Source of the DNA: a virus
Lineage: Duplodnaviria > Caudoviricetes
IMG/VR virus record: IMGVR_UViG_3300023055_000005
Reading direction: 5' to 3' (one strand)
DNA: 64,000 nt
Positions 8,766 to 17,157 of this stretch are shown piece by piece (position 1 is the first letter of the stretch; every line of letters begins with the position of its first letter). The notes under the pieces are model-generated. The model did not search any database. It was not told the DNA's origin and worked only from the letters and a program-made list of their open reading frames with translations. The translations under genes were made by a program, and so were the position numbers.

Positions 8766-9660
8766 CACCAACGAACCCGCACCGGTAGCTGAGGCGTACA
8801 AGCCGCCGTACAAGCTGGTCAGCGCCGTGGAAGACTTCTCCGGCCGCCAGCCGCTCACCGTCACGGTCGAAGGTGTCCATACCGAACACCGCGAAGACGT
8901 CGCATCCCTGCTCGCAGCCTTCCTGGCCAATACGTTCGGCAAGAACCGAGTGTTCTTGCGTATGGCCGGCCGGCCGAGTTGGAGTGCGGCTGATGAAGGT
9001 GAGCAGGATCTTATCGCTCATCTCACCAGCGACGACAACGGTGGTGGCATCGGTGTTGGTGGTGGTCTCGTGGCTCGGGACTTCGACAGCATCCTGGTGC
9101 GCGACGGTACGTCTGATCACCCCACCTGGACCATGGACCCCCCGAGCTTCCAGATCCCGGAAGGCTGCCTGATGCTCCTGGATGCGGAGCGCAAGGTTGC
9201 CGGTCCTGCTCCGTTCTTGTTCCCGACCGAAGCTTTCAGTTACGTCGGCAAGAAGCTGGCCGTTACTGCGATGGCGGTCAAGATCATCGAGTCCTCCAGC
9301 GAAATGGTCGTGCGACTGGATTCGCCGGTGATCTTCAAGCCGAAGGATGCGATGATCGAAGCGGAGCAGCAGATCCGCAAGGTTATCCGCAACACCGAGC
9401 AGCTGACCAACGACATCATCCCGTCTCAGGCATTCCGTGGAGGTCCGGCCAGGTCGCCCGGCGCTACGCTCTTCGGTACGGATGAAGAGCGAGAAGGTCG
9501 GGCGGTGGAAGTGGCTGTCCACCTGTCACTGACCATCGATTGCATCCATCACACGATCGATTACGCCATCACCAACATCCCGCTGTTGCGTGGCAAGCGC
9601 AGCAAGCTGGTCCCGGTGGGGCTGGTCATCGAACTCATCGACGAACCTGAAGTGGAGTAA
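8758..9660 (+). CDS. hypothetical protein; N-terminus resembles a degenerate P-loop kinase module
   Basis: QPLTVTVEGVHTEHREDVASLLAAFL aligns with QPLTVEITGAPGSGKSSVARLIAAAL of the 12244 gene. Confidence 0.6.
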   Translation: MANTNEPAPVAEAYKPPYKLVSAVEDFSGRQPLTVTVEGVHTEHREDVASLLAAFLANTFGKNRVFLRMAGRPSWSAADEGEQDLIAHLTSDDNGGGIGVGGGLVARDFDSILVRDGTSDHPTWTMDPPSFQIPEGCLMLLDAERKVAGPAPFLFPTEAFSYVGKKLAVTAMAVKIIESSSEMVVRLDSPVIFKPKDAMIEAEQQIRKVIRNTEQLTNDIIPSQAFRGGPARSPGATLFGTDEEREGRAVEVAVHLSLTIDCIHHTIDYAITNIPLLRGKRSKLVPVGLVIELIDEPEVE

Positions 9661-9668
9661 CACGCATC

Positions 9669-9986
9669 ATGTCCAAAGAAGAACGTACCCGCAAAGCCGC
9701 CGACCTCGGACTGGAAAAGGGCTCGGATCTGTACCTGTTCGTGGAAGGCTCGTTGCCGATGTTGGACAAGCCGCTGCCTGGCATTGTCGACCGCAACGTC
9801 AAGATCTCCAACCTGCTGTCCACCGACACCGGCCTGGACGCCGATCGCGGCGAAGACATGCTCATCTGTGCAATCGACATGGCCACCGGCCGTGACGATC
9901 ACCGTGGTGTGGAATCGATCGAACTGCGCCACAACGACGACGACACCGTCGACCTGCACGCGCGCTTCGCTCCGAAGGGCTCGTGA
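9669..9986 (+). CDS. small paralogue family member 1 (RxxDSIE motif)
   Basis: NVKISNLLS ... RGVESIEL ... VDLHARFAPK. Confidence 0.7.
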   Translation: MSKEERTRKAADLGLEKGSDLYLFVEGSLPMLDKPLPGIVDRNVKISNLLSTDTGLDADRGEDMLICAIDMATGRDDHRGVESIELRHNDDDTVDLHARFAPKGS

Positions 9987-9989
9987 CCG

Positions 9990-10280
9990 ATGGACGAGTC
10001 GGCGGATAAGTCCGCTCCAAACCTTGCCGATCTTATCGATGTAAGTGACATCGGCAGTCCGACCAAGCTGGCCACAGGCCTGCGCAAGTCCCGTCTGGAA
10101 TCGTTGCTCAGTTCGGGCACGACGCTGGACCAGGGGCGGGCGCAGGACTTGATCAACGGCCACATCCTCGCAGCCTTCGGTGAAGACAATTACCGTGGGC
10201 TGGACTCGATCGAAATCCAGCGCAACTTTAGCGACGTCGTCGTGGTGAGAGCCACGTTCCGTCCCAAAGAAAAGGAATGA
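9990..10280 (+). CDS. small paralogue family member 2
   Basis: KSRLESLLS ... RGLDSIEI ... VVVRATFRPK. Confidence 0.7.
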   Translation: MDESADKSAPNLADLIDVSDIGSPTKLATGLRKSRLESLLSSGTTLDQGRAQDLINGHILAAFGEDNYRGLDSIEIQRNFSDVVVVRATFRPKEKE

Positions 10281-10281
10281 A

Positions 10282-10617
10282 ATGTCTCTGACGTTTGAGA
10301 AAGTGAAACCCCTTCGACCCGGCCTGAACATCGGTGCGATCTTGGACTCTGTCCCCACCCATGTCGGTCGTGTCTACGGGCATCCGCTCAATCCTCGCTG
10401 CGGCTTGCCCACTGACGTGGAAGAGCTGCGCCGAATTGCCATGGCGGTAGGTATCGACGTCGATGCCGAACACGCCGCGGTTGAACGGTTCTGCGAACGT
10501 CTCAAGTCGCGCATGGTCGTGACTGCCCAGGTTCCGGTTCTGCCGGACCAACCCGAGGCCAACGAGCGCCCGCTTGTTGTCCTTGACTCCCTGTCGCTTT
10601 ATCTGGAGCAGAAATAG
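10282..10617 (+). CDS. hypothetical protein
   Basis: AAGGA RBS; 111 aa; interrupts the paralogue run. Confidence 0.65.
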   Translation: MSLTFEKVKPLRPGLNIGAILDSVPTHVGRVYGHPLNPRCGLPTDVEELRRIAMAVGIDVDAEHAAVERFCERLKSRMVVTAQVPVLPDQPEANERPLVVLDSLSLYLEQK

Positions 10618-11009
10618 TGTCCACCAATACCAAGCCGGTCTACGTCACCGAGCAGGACGAGCCGATCGCCGAACGTGTCATCGCGACCGCTCGTTTCGAG
10701 CACGTCAATAGCAACATCGCCGCCGGCCCGCGCGAAGACGGCAAACTGCGCCGTGCCCGTGTGGAGAACCTCCTGTCCGAAACCCACAACGGCCAGCGCT
10801 ATCAGGCGCTCCATGCTGCCCAGAACGCCGCCGCGGGACATGGTGCCGACTGGACCCGCCAGCCGAAGGTCCGCCGTGAAATCGACTCGATCGAAATCGA
10901 AGAGCTGCCCGGCAACCGCGTTCGCGTCATCGCCGAATACGCTCCGGTGCCGCTCGAAGCTGCCCTGCGCGCCACCTTCGGCAACAACGGCAATCCCGAG
11001 GGCGGCTGA
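10617..11009 (+). CDS. small paralogue family member 3
   Basis: RARVENLLS ... REIDSIEI ... VRVIAEYAP. Confidence 0.7.
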   Translation: MSTNTKPVYVTEQDEPIAERVIATARFEHVNSNIAAGPREDGKLRRARVENLLSETHNGQRYQALHAAQNAAAGHGADWTRQPKVRREIDSIEIEELPGNRVRVIAEYAPVPLEAALRATFGNNGNPEGG

Positions 11010-11356
11010 TGGCTGACCCCATCGACTACGACGACGAAGACGACGAAGACGAAGGCAGTAGCATCCCATTGCCGATGATGCGGTCGATACAGCGCGCCTG
11101 TACCGGCTTCAAGGAAGTTGGATCGGACAAGCCCACGATCCGCTCCCGTCGTACGCACATCGAGAACATGCTGGCCGACTTTGACGACCCGCATTACTCC
11201 GACGCGATCTTCGACAGTGCACTCTCGCATGCCAGGTACTTCGGGAGTAGCAGGTATTCATCGACCAAGCGTCGTGACGTCGATTCGGTCACGTTGGAAC
11301 GTATCGATGATACCGACGACGTTCGCCTGACAGCAATCTTCCGTACCAAGCGATAG
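11009..11356 (+). CDS. small paralogue family member 4
   Basis: RTHIENMLA ... RDVDSVTL ... VRLTAIFRTK. Confidence 0.7.
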   Translation: MADPIDYDDEDDEDEGSSIPLPMMRSIQRACTGFKEVGSDKPTIRSRRTHIENMLADFDDPHYSDAIFDSALSHARYFGSSRYSSTKRRDVDSVTLERIDDTDDVRLTAIFRTKR

Positions 11357-11409
11357 CAACCGTGCCTCCCTGACAAAGTTTGGGGAGGCCTTCAACGGAG
11401 CAAGGACAA

Positions 11410-12189
11410 GTGACAACTGTTGCATGGAATCCCAAGACAGGGATGATTTACACCGACAGTCAAACAACCAGTAATAATCACATCACCACCGACAAAGTGA
11501 AGATGGTACTGCTTGGACCGGGGGACTATGTAGAGTTCATCCGAGGCAACAAGCGCTGCGGGAGACTGCGGGCCATGGTCGGAGTCGGCTCAGTGCCGAT
11601 GATCGAAATGCTGATGGGGAGTATCCTCAAGCACGGAAGGAAAGCTGACACTGTTCTCAATGCGGCGTATCCCCTGCAGGAGATGCTCAGCGACCACATG
11701 CAAGGCGCTGTATTGTTCTTCACCGACCATCAGGTATGGCTGCTCAGGGCCAGCTCACATCGACAGAACACCTCCAGGGATACCTTCTGCTTCACCCGAG
11801 TCATGGAGGAAGATAAGGTCGTCGCGTATGGTTCAGGTAAGGCAGCTGTACTGGTGGGTGACGCCATGAAGCTACCGACCGTGGAAGCGATGCGACTTGC
11901 CCGCATCTACGACCCAGGAAGCGGTGGTTCGATTCGTTCGTATCACCGAGACCCAGAGACGGGTCTGATTACCCAAATGGAGCAATACGAGGACCACGGT
12001 AATCAGGTCGACTTTGCCTCGGTGCAAAAGAGTGTCCAGGCAATCTCGCCTGAGTCATTCCCAGGCAAGACGGAAAGACTTGTACCCAGCAAAAGACTGA
12101 ACGCTGAGGTGAAAGCTCAATCCAAGCTCCAGAAACCCCGCGCCAGATACATCGACGGCGTGTTGACGAAAGTCGATAGCTCGAAGTAA
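11410..12189 (+). CDS. HslV/proteasome-beta-like Ntn peptidase, catalytic residues apparently intact
   Basis: GTG11410 with AAGGA RBS gives mature N-terminus TTVAW; YTDSQ, DKVK, AYGSG and YDPGSGG match the Thr1/Asp17/Lys33/Ser129/Asp166/Ser169 pattern. Confidence 0.75.
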   Translation: MTTVAWNPKTGMIYTDSQTTSNNHITTDKVKMVLLGPGDYVEFIRGNKRCGRLRAMVGVGSVPMIEMLMGSILKHGRKADTVLNAAYPLQEMLSDHMQGAVLFFTDHQVWLLRASSHRQNTSRDTFCFTRVMEEDKVVAYGSGKAAVLVGDAMKLPTVEAMRLARIYDPGSGGSIRSYHRDPETGLITQMEQYEDHGNQVDFASVQKSVQAISPESFPGKTERLVPSKRLNAEVKAQSKLQKPRARYIDGVLTKVDSSK

Positions 12190-12243
12190 AACCGGTAGCG
12201 AGCAAGCTACCACCACAATCGCACTCAAGAGAAACCATTCGAA

Positions 12244-14451
12244 ATGTCCAATATCAAGTACTCCCGCGAACAGCAGCCCCTGACCGTGGAAATCACTGGC
12301 GCACCCGGCTCCGGCAAGTCCTCCGTTGCTCGCCTGATCGCCGCTGCCCTGCACGCCTCCGGCATGGATGTCGTCCTGGCATCCCGCGATGATCTGAAGA
12401 ACTACAGTGCCGCCCAGGACAACGTGGAGAACAGCCGCGTGGTCGTCACCGACTCGCTCTACGGCGGCCCGCTGTTCGAGGGTGGTCACTGGTGCTGGGA
12501 ACATGGCAATGGCGTTTCCATCGACGGCTCGCCGGCAGAACAGCCCATCCGCGACCGTGGCGACTTCTGGGAAAAGATCGAAAGCGCCGTGCGCGGCGTC
12601 GGTCTGCTGTCCAAGACCGCAAGCGACGACGTGATCACCGGCCTGATCGACAACAGCGTCGCCACGATCTCCACCGACCTGTTCACCCAGTACCGTCACC
12701 CGCAGCTGGTGATCGAACGTGATGGCAGCCGGATGAACAAGATCGAGATCACGGTCTACGGCCTGTTCTCCAGCGAACCCTTCGAGCGTACCTACATCCT
12801 GTACGGCCCGGAAACCATCGTGTGCATGATGCGCAATGCGCGCGATCAGGAAGCCTATCAGGAAACGGCCTACTCCAACGATGACATGGCGCGTCATCAG
12901 GAAGGTCTGACCGAAGACAGCAGCGACGATCGTCTGCCCCGCGAAGTCTTCCGTGACGAATGCCGCAATGTCGTCGAAACGGTGATGGGTAAACTGCTCG
13001 GCTCGTTCGCGATGAATGAGAACGAAACCGAATCCGACCGCAACCTGGACGCATTCGCTATCCGCAGCATCCTGGCCCGTGCGCTGGGTGCCCGCTATGG
13101 TCACGCCATGCCGAATGTGCGGGTCGAGGTCAAGCTCGGCTTCATCAGCGTCGCCTTGCAGCCGGCCAGTGGTATCGGTAGCCTGCAGACCTTCCAGCGG
13201 CTGGTCAACGCTCCGGATGGTTATCTGCAAGCCGGTGCCCGCATGGTCAAGCTCGCCCTGCCGGGTTTCATCGCAATGTCCGAAGCTGCCGCGCGTGGCG
13301 AAGGTGACCGCCCGCGTGCACGCTTCCTCAATGCCGTTACGGTTCAGGAACTCAACAGCCTGAGTCTGATGATCGATGAAGACGGTCCGGCTATCAGTCT
13401 GTCGGCGCACGTGCAGGTCGATGAAGACGGCACCGAGGGTATTGTGGTTGTGACCTTCGACCCCACCAAGCATGGGGTGGATGCGGTGGTCAAGCTGGCA
13501 GAGCAGTTCCGTGAGAAGACCACCGGCGGTAACGTGGTTGCACAAGGTGTGAAGGTGACCGTGATTGAAGGGCCGGAGAACATCCTGCTCAACAAGCTGA
13601 CCACCAGTGTCGCCGCCTACGCCGCTGCGTTTGCACAGGACACCGTCGAGTTCAACGCACGTCAGCATGTTGGTGCGCTGGAAGCCTGCCGTCTTGACCT
13701 GGCCAACCGCCTGTCCGTCTTCGGCTTTGCCGATGCGGTGGTATCGTTGTCCATCCTCGACAACGACCTGATCGCCAACGTGACCATCGGCGCTACCCAG
13801 GCCGCCATCTCGGCCTCGCTGGTCAACATCCCCAATGGACCGGCCAAGGAGAATGCGGTGTTGCTGCACAACACCACCATCGCACCTCTGAAGGCTCTGC
13901 GCGCGAGTGTGAACTCGGGTGATATCAGCAGCGACGCCCAGTTGCTGCAGACCCTCGCCGGGACCGATGCACAGGCCTGGACCAACGGCAGGGACGTCGT
14001 CGTGGATCATGGGCTGGTGGCTCTCTTCTTCATCGGTCGCAATCACCTGCCGCGTGCGAAGTTCTTCGTTGTAGCCGCGGCCGGTACGCCGGGGTATGAG
14101 TTCGGCGAGAAGGCGTTGTACGTGCGTGCTGCGTGGTCGGGTAAGCGCCTGACCACCGGCGGTCGGGAAACTCCCCGCGACTCGGACCTGACCATCACCC
14201 ATGTGGGCGATCGTCATCCGCGTGACGAGAAGTTGACCACGCCCTACCTCCGCAAGCTGTGCCGTGTCCCGCGCAAGGTGGCCGTGTCGATCACTCCGAA
14301 CCTGAGCGAGTGGCCGAAGGTGAAGAACTTCGAAGTGCGTACCACCACCGAGTTGTTCAAGGTGCGTCTGGTCGCCTCCCGGCCCGAAGTGACCAAGGCT
14401 ACCAAGAAGGTCGCCAAGAAGGCTGTCGCCAAGAAGTCCTCGAAGAAGTAA
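12244..14451 (+). CDS. large protein with N-terminal P-loop NTPase/kinase domain and Lys/Ala-rich tail
   Basis: Walker A ITGAPGSGKS near the N-terminus; ends KATKKVAKKAVAKKSSKK. Confidence 0.7.
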   Translation: MSNIKYSREQQPLTVEITGAPGSGKSSVARLIAAALHASGMDVVLASRDDLKNYSAAQDNVENSRVVVTDSLYGGPLFEGGHWCWEHGNGVSIDGSPAEQPIRDRGDFWEKIESAVRGVGLLSKTASDDVITGLIDNSVATISTDLFTQYRHPQLVIERDGSRMNKIEITVYGLFSSEPFERTYILYGPETIVCMMRNARDQEAYQETAYSNDDMARHQEGLTEDSSDDRLPREVFRDECRNVVETVMGKLLGSFAMNENETESDRNLDAFAIRSILARALGARYGHAMPNVRVEVKLGFISVALQPASGIGSLQTFQRLVNAPDGYLQAGARMVKLALPGFIAMSEAAARGEGDRPRARFLNAVTVQELNSLSLMIDEDGPAISLSAHVQVDEDGTEGIVVVTFDPTKHGVDAVVKLAEQFREKTTGGNVVAQGVKVTVIEGPENILLNKLTTSVAAYAAAFAQDTVEFNARQHVGALEACRLDLANRLSVFGFADAVVSLSILDNDLIANVTIGATQAAISASLVNIPNGPAKENAVLLHNTTIAPLKALRASVNSGDISSDAQLLQTLAGTDAQAWTNGRDVVVDHGLVALFFIGRNHLPRAKFFVVAAAGTPGYEFGEKALYVRAAWSGKRLTTGGRETPRDSDLTITHVGDRHPRDEKLTTPYLRKLCRVPRKVAVSITPNLSEWPKVKNFEVRTTTELFKVRLVASRPEVTKATKKVAKKAVAKKSSKK

Positions 14452-14458
14452 CTGAATC

Positions 14459-14482
14459 GAGGGGAGCCTTCGGGCTCCCCTC
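14459..14482. terminator. UUCG-loop hairpin
   Basis: GAGGGGAGCC-TTCG-GGCTCCCCTC perfect stem after the stop codon. Confidence 0.7.
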
Positions 14483-14502
14483 AACTATCGCAAAGGAAGA
14501 TC

Positions 14503-14919
14503 ATGGCTCTTTCCCGTGTTGCTCAGCATCTGCCGGCACGTCCGGTTAGCAAGGATGCAAAGCCCCTCTCCCACATCCAGGTCGAAAAGCTCAACGCAAT
14601 CATCCTGCGTGGTGCCCCCTTCGACAAGGTGACCTACTCGGCTGTGCTGCCGTGGCTGAAGATGCACTTCGGCGATGCCAAGGTCAACGCAGATATCGCA
14701 GCGATCACCGAGTCGCGAATCATCGGCATCGACATGGGCAAGTCGATCATCTCCGACATGCCGCGCCGCAAGTTGGAACATGCTGTCGTCTACACCCCCG
14801 ACGGCTCCTACGGCATCAAGGAACGTGGCCTGCGCAAGCGCACCGCCGTATTCCTGCAGATCCACTTCGCCAACGGACTGCACTACATCACCACGGTCGT
14901 CCCGGCCGACAAGCCGTAA
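14503..14919 (+). CDS. hypothetical protein (weak resemblance to Ntox50-like RNases)
   Basis: AAGGA RBS; IDMGKSI ... LQIHFANGLHYITTVVP. Confidence 0.6.
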   Translation: MALSRVAQHLPARPVSKDAKPLSHIQVEKLNAIILRGAPFDKVTYSAVLPWLKMHFGDAKVNADIAAITESRIIGIDMGKSIISDMPRRKLEHAVVYTPDGSYGIKERGLRKRTAVFLQIHFANGLHYITTVVPADKP

Positions 14920-14946
14920 GGCTCAACCTTTTTCTTTGCCCAGATA

Positions 14947-16071
14947 ATGACCAAGATCAAACCTGAACGTACCCTGGTGGTGGCGATCTCGCATCTGCTC
15001 ACCCAGTATCAGCATCTGCCGCCACAATGGATCGCAGGCGACGGCAAGACGCGCATTGTCGCCACCAACGATATCCGCTATGTCGTGGAAGCCGACAACA
15101 GCATTACCAAGAACTCGGACCTGACCATCCTCACCCAAGGCGCCCACTTCATCAGTGGCGGTGGTACGCATTCCGAAAACAGCCGCAACAACGATTATCT
15201 GCCCGACTTCGCTGACGGTGTCATCTACCAGAAGCGTTCCACCAAGCCGGTCATGGTACTGCGCATGGCAGCGCTCGCTCGCAAGCTCGGTCTGAAGAAC
15301 TTCATCAGTCCACGCATCTACAGCACCCACTTCGCCGACAAGCGCAACTCGACCTTCGGCCCGGAGATCGCAGGGCGGGTGGTGGTAAAGCCCACCGATG
15401 GTGCCCGCGGCATCGGTCAGATCGTGGCCGACATGGACAAGATCACCCCGGCGTTTCTGGTCGGCCTGCTCAAGTCCGCCGACGACAAGGAAGCCTTCCT
15501 GGCCAATCTGGTCACCCTTGCCCCGCACGTCGAATACCACGTCGGACACGGCGAGATCGATGAAGGCCTCACCTCGCTGGTGGAACAGGGTTGGTTCGTT
15601 CAACAGCAGGTGCCCAACATCACCGAAGAGTACCGGTTGATCTTGGATCATCTCTCCAACGTGGCGATGTCCTTCAAGCGCAAGCGCGATACGCTCCCGC
15701 TGTATTCGGACCACAACTCCTTCGAGCACAAGCAGGCCACCGGCGTCACCCATCTCCTGGAAGACGCCAAGCCGGACGGTGAGTACATGCTCAGCGTGCA
15801 TCACGAGGAAATCTCGATGCTGCTGCAGGAGCTGAACATCCCGCTGAACTCGGTGGACCTGTTCGTCACCGACGATGGCAAGTGGGGCATCTTCGAGTAC
15901 TGCCCGCAGTACGGCACCGAGGGCATCGACCAGAAGATCATGGAACCGTTCCTGCGCGACCAGATCGAACGTCTGCTGGGCGTGACCACGTCCAATCCGC
16001 ACTACATGAGTGCGGCGCAATTCAGTGCTGCCGTCGCTGCGGCAGGCATCGAAGCCTCCGAGCGCGGATAA
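14947..16071 (+). CDS. ATP-grasp ligase (RimK-like clade, variant)
   Basis: VVVKPTDGARGIG, FVQQQVP, EEYRLI and SVDLFVTDDGKWGIFEYCP reproduce the ATP-grasp motif order. Confidence 0.8.
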   Translation: MTKIKPERTLVVAISHLLTQYQHLPPQWIAGDGKTRIVATNDIRYVVEADNSITKNSDLTILTQGAHFISGGGTHSENSRNNDYLPDFADGVIYQKRSTKPVMVLRMAALARKLGLKNFISPRIYSTHFADKRNSTFGPEIAGRVVVKPTDGARGIGQIVADMDKITPAFLVGLLKSADDKEAFLANLVTLAPHVEYHVGHGEIDEGLTSLVEQGWFVQQQVPNITEEYRLILDHLSNVAMSFKRKRDTLPLYSDHNSFEHKQATGVTHLLEDAKPDGEYMLSVHHEEISMLLQELNIPLNSVDLFVTDDGKWGIFEYCPQYGTEGIDQKIMEPFLRDQIERLLGVTTSNPHYMSAAQFSAAVAAAGIEASERG

Positions 16072-16072
16072 G

Positions 16073-16107
16073 GGCATAAAGGGTGAGGGGGTAAAACCCC
16101 TCATCCC
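16073..16107. terminator. GGCATA-flanked hairpin
   Basis: GGCATAAA then GGGTGAGGGG/CCCCTCATCC stem. Confidence 0.7.
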
Positions 16108-16122
16108 AAACATTTTCAGTTC

Positions 16123-16147
16123 TATATAACCTAGATGAAGTAGTACA
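16123..16147 (+). promoter_or_regulatory. early promoter candidate with extended downstream box
   Basis: TATATAACCTAGATGAAGTAGTACA; nearly identical downstream box at 30621-30646. Confidence 0.7.
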
Positions 16148-16173
16148 TCTAACCCATCGCAAGGAGGTTCACA

Positions 16174-16341
16174 ATGAAAACCATCTTCAAACTGGCCGGC
16201 TTTGCGCTGGCTACCTTTATGCTGTTTGCTGTTGGTTTCTCGGCATTCGCTGAGATGAAGGCCAACGCTCCCTCGGGTGCTTCGGTTGAATACACCGACT
16301 CCCAGTCGAGCTTTGCCAACGAGATTTCCAAAGCGTTCTAA
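16174..16341 (+). CDS. 55-aa exported peptide with signal sequence (absent from the ORF track)
   Basis: Perfect AAGGAGGT RBS; MKTIFKLAGFALATFMLFAVGFSAFA-EMKANAPSGASVEYTDSQSSFANEISKAF; AFA signal-peptidase-like site. Confidence 0.75.
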   Translation: MKTIFKLAGFALATFMLFAVGFSAFAEMKANAPSGASVEYTDSQSSFANEISKAF

Positions 16342-16355
16342 ACGGAGAAGTACGA

Positions 16356-16691
16356 ATGCGTCAAGTTGCCTATCGCGGTAAGAACTACCTGAACTGCCTG
16401 ACCCTTGCCAACCAGCATCGTCTGCCGGTGTCAGAAGTTCGCCGCCGGGTTACCTCCACTGATCCGCTCTACAGCGACTACCAGTGGGCCGACGAGTCAG
16501 AGGCACGGACGTTTGTCATGACCCATGTGCCGGGTCGCTACAAAGTGGTCATCGGTCGTCAACGCTACGAATCATTCGAAGAAGCGGCCGACGACTACGG
16601 GGTTACCAAGACCACCATCCGTCATCGGGTGGAGTCCGAGTACTACCCCAACTATTACACTCTGGTGATTGCGCCGCGTCTGCGCGGCTAA
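16356..16691 (+). CDS. NUMOD/IENR-like DNA-binding repeat protein, no nuclease domain seen
   Basis: Two repeats, e.g. VVIGRQRYESFEEAADDYGVTKTTIRHRVESEYYPNY; GGAG RBS. Confidence 0.5.
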   Translation: MRQVAYRGKNYLNCLTLANQHRLPVSEVRRRVTSTDPLYSDYQWADESEARTFVMTHVPGRYKVVIGRQRYESFEEAADDYGVTKTTIRHRVESEYYPNYYTLVIAPRLRG

Positions 16692-16700
16692 CGGAGCTTC

Positions 16701-17153
16701 ATGAAGATTCAAATCGCACCACCCCAACTGAGCTACGACAAGCGCTTCATGTTCTATGTCAACGCAGAAGCAAGTGGGAATGTCAAGGCGGCAGCTAAGG
16801 TAATGATGCCGCTGCGCGAATGCGCTTGCATGCCGGATCAGCTCACCCACAATCTCCTCACCGACTTGGACCTAGGTACGGCTGCCAAGCTGTTCCCCTA
16901 CACCCACGTGCGCTTACAGCCCGTACTGGCTAACCAGACGCTGGTGGCGGAGAACCTCCACAACAGGCTGTACGTCCTGTTCGCCAGATTGAATCTACGG
17001 CGAGATGACTTGCCGACACGAGAACTTGGCGTGTATGCATACGTCGACTTCTCCATGCTCTTGTCGAGGAGTCTAATACGTCGCAGTTGCTGCTTTAACT
17101 GCGCAGCGGTGGACATGCTGGAGTCCACGTACAGTTTCGAAGAGGCACCCTGA
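16701..17153 (+). CDS. hypothetical protein
   Basis: GGAG RBS; 150 aa. Confidence 0.65.
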   Translation: MKIQIAPPQLSYDKRFMFYVNAEASGNVKAAAKVMMPLRECACMPDQLTHNLLTDLDLGTAAKLFPYTHVRLQPVLANQTLVAENLHNRLYVLFARLNLRRDDLPTRELGVYAYVDFSMLLSRSLIRRSCCFNCAAVDMLESTYSFEEAP

Positions 17154-17157
17154 TATA

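Noticed and set aside
12055-14484. 809-aa antisense ORF, and similar long antisense ORFs at 17214-18584, 35572-37914, 40884-43067, 45655-47682, 48513-50447 and 55708-58338
   Set aside because: They mirror strongly codon-biased real genes in GC-rich DNA, where the opposite frame lacks stops; no RBS or motifs
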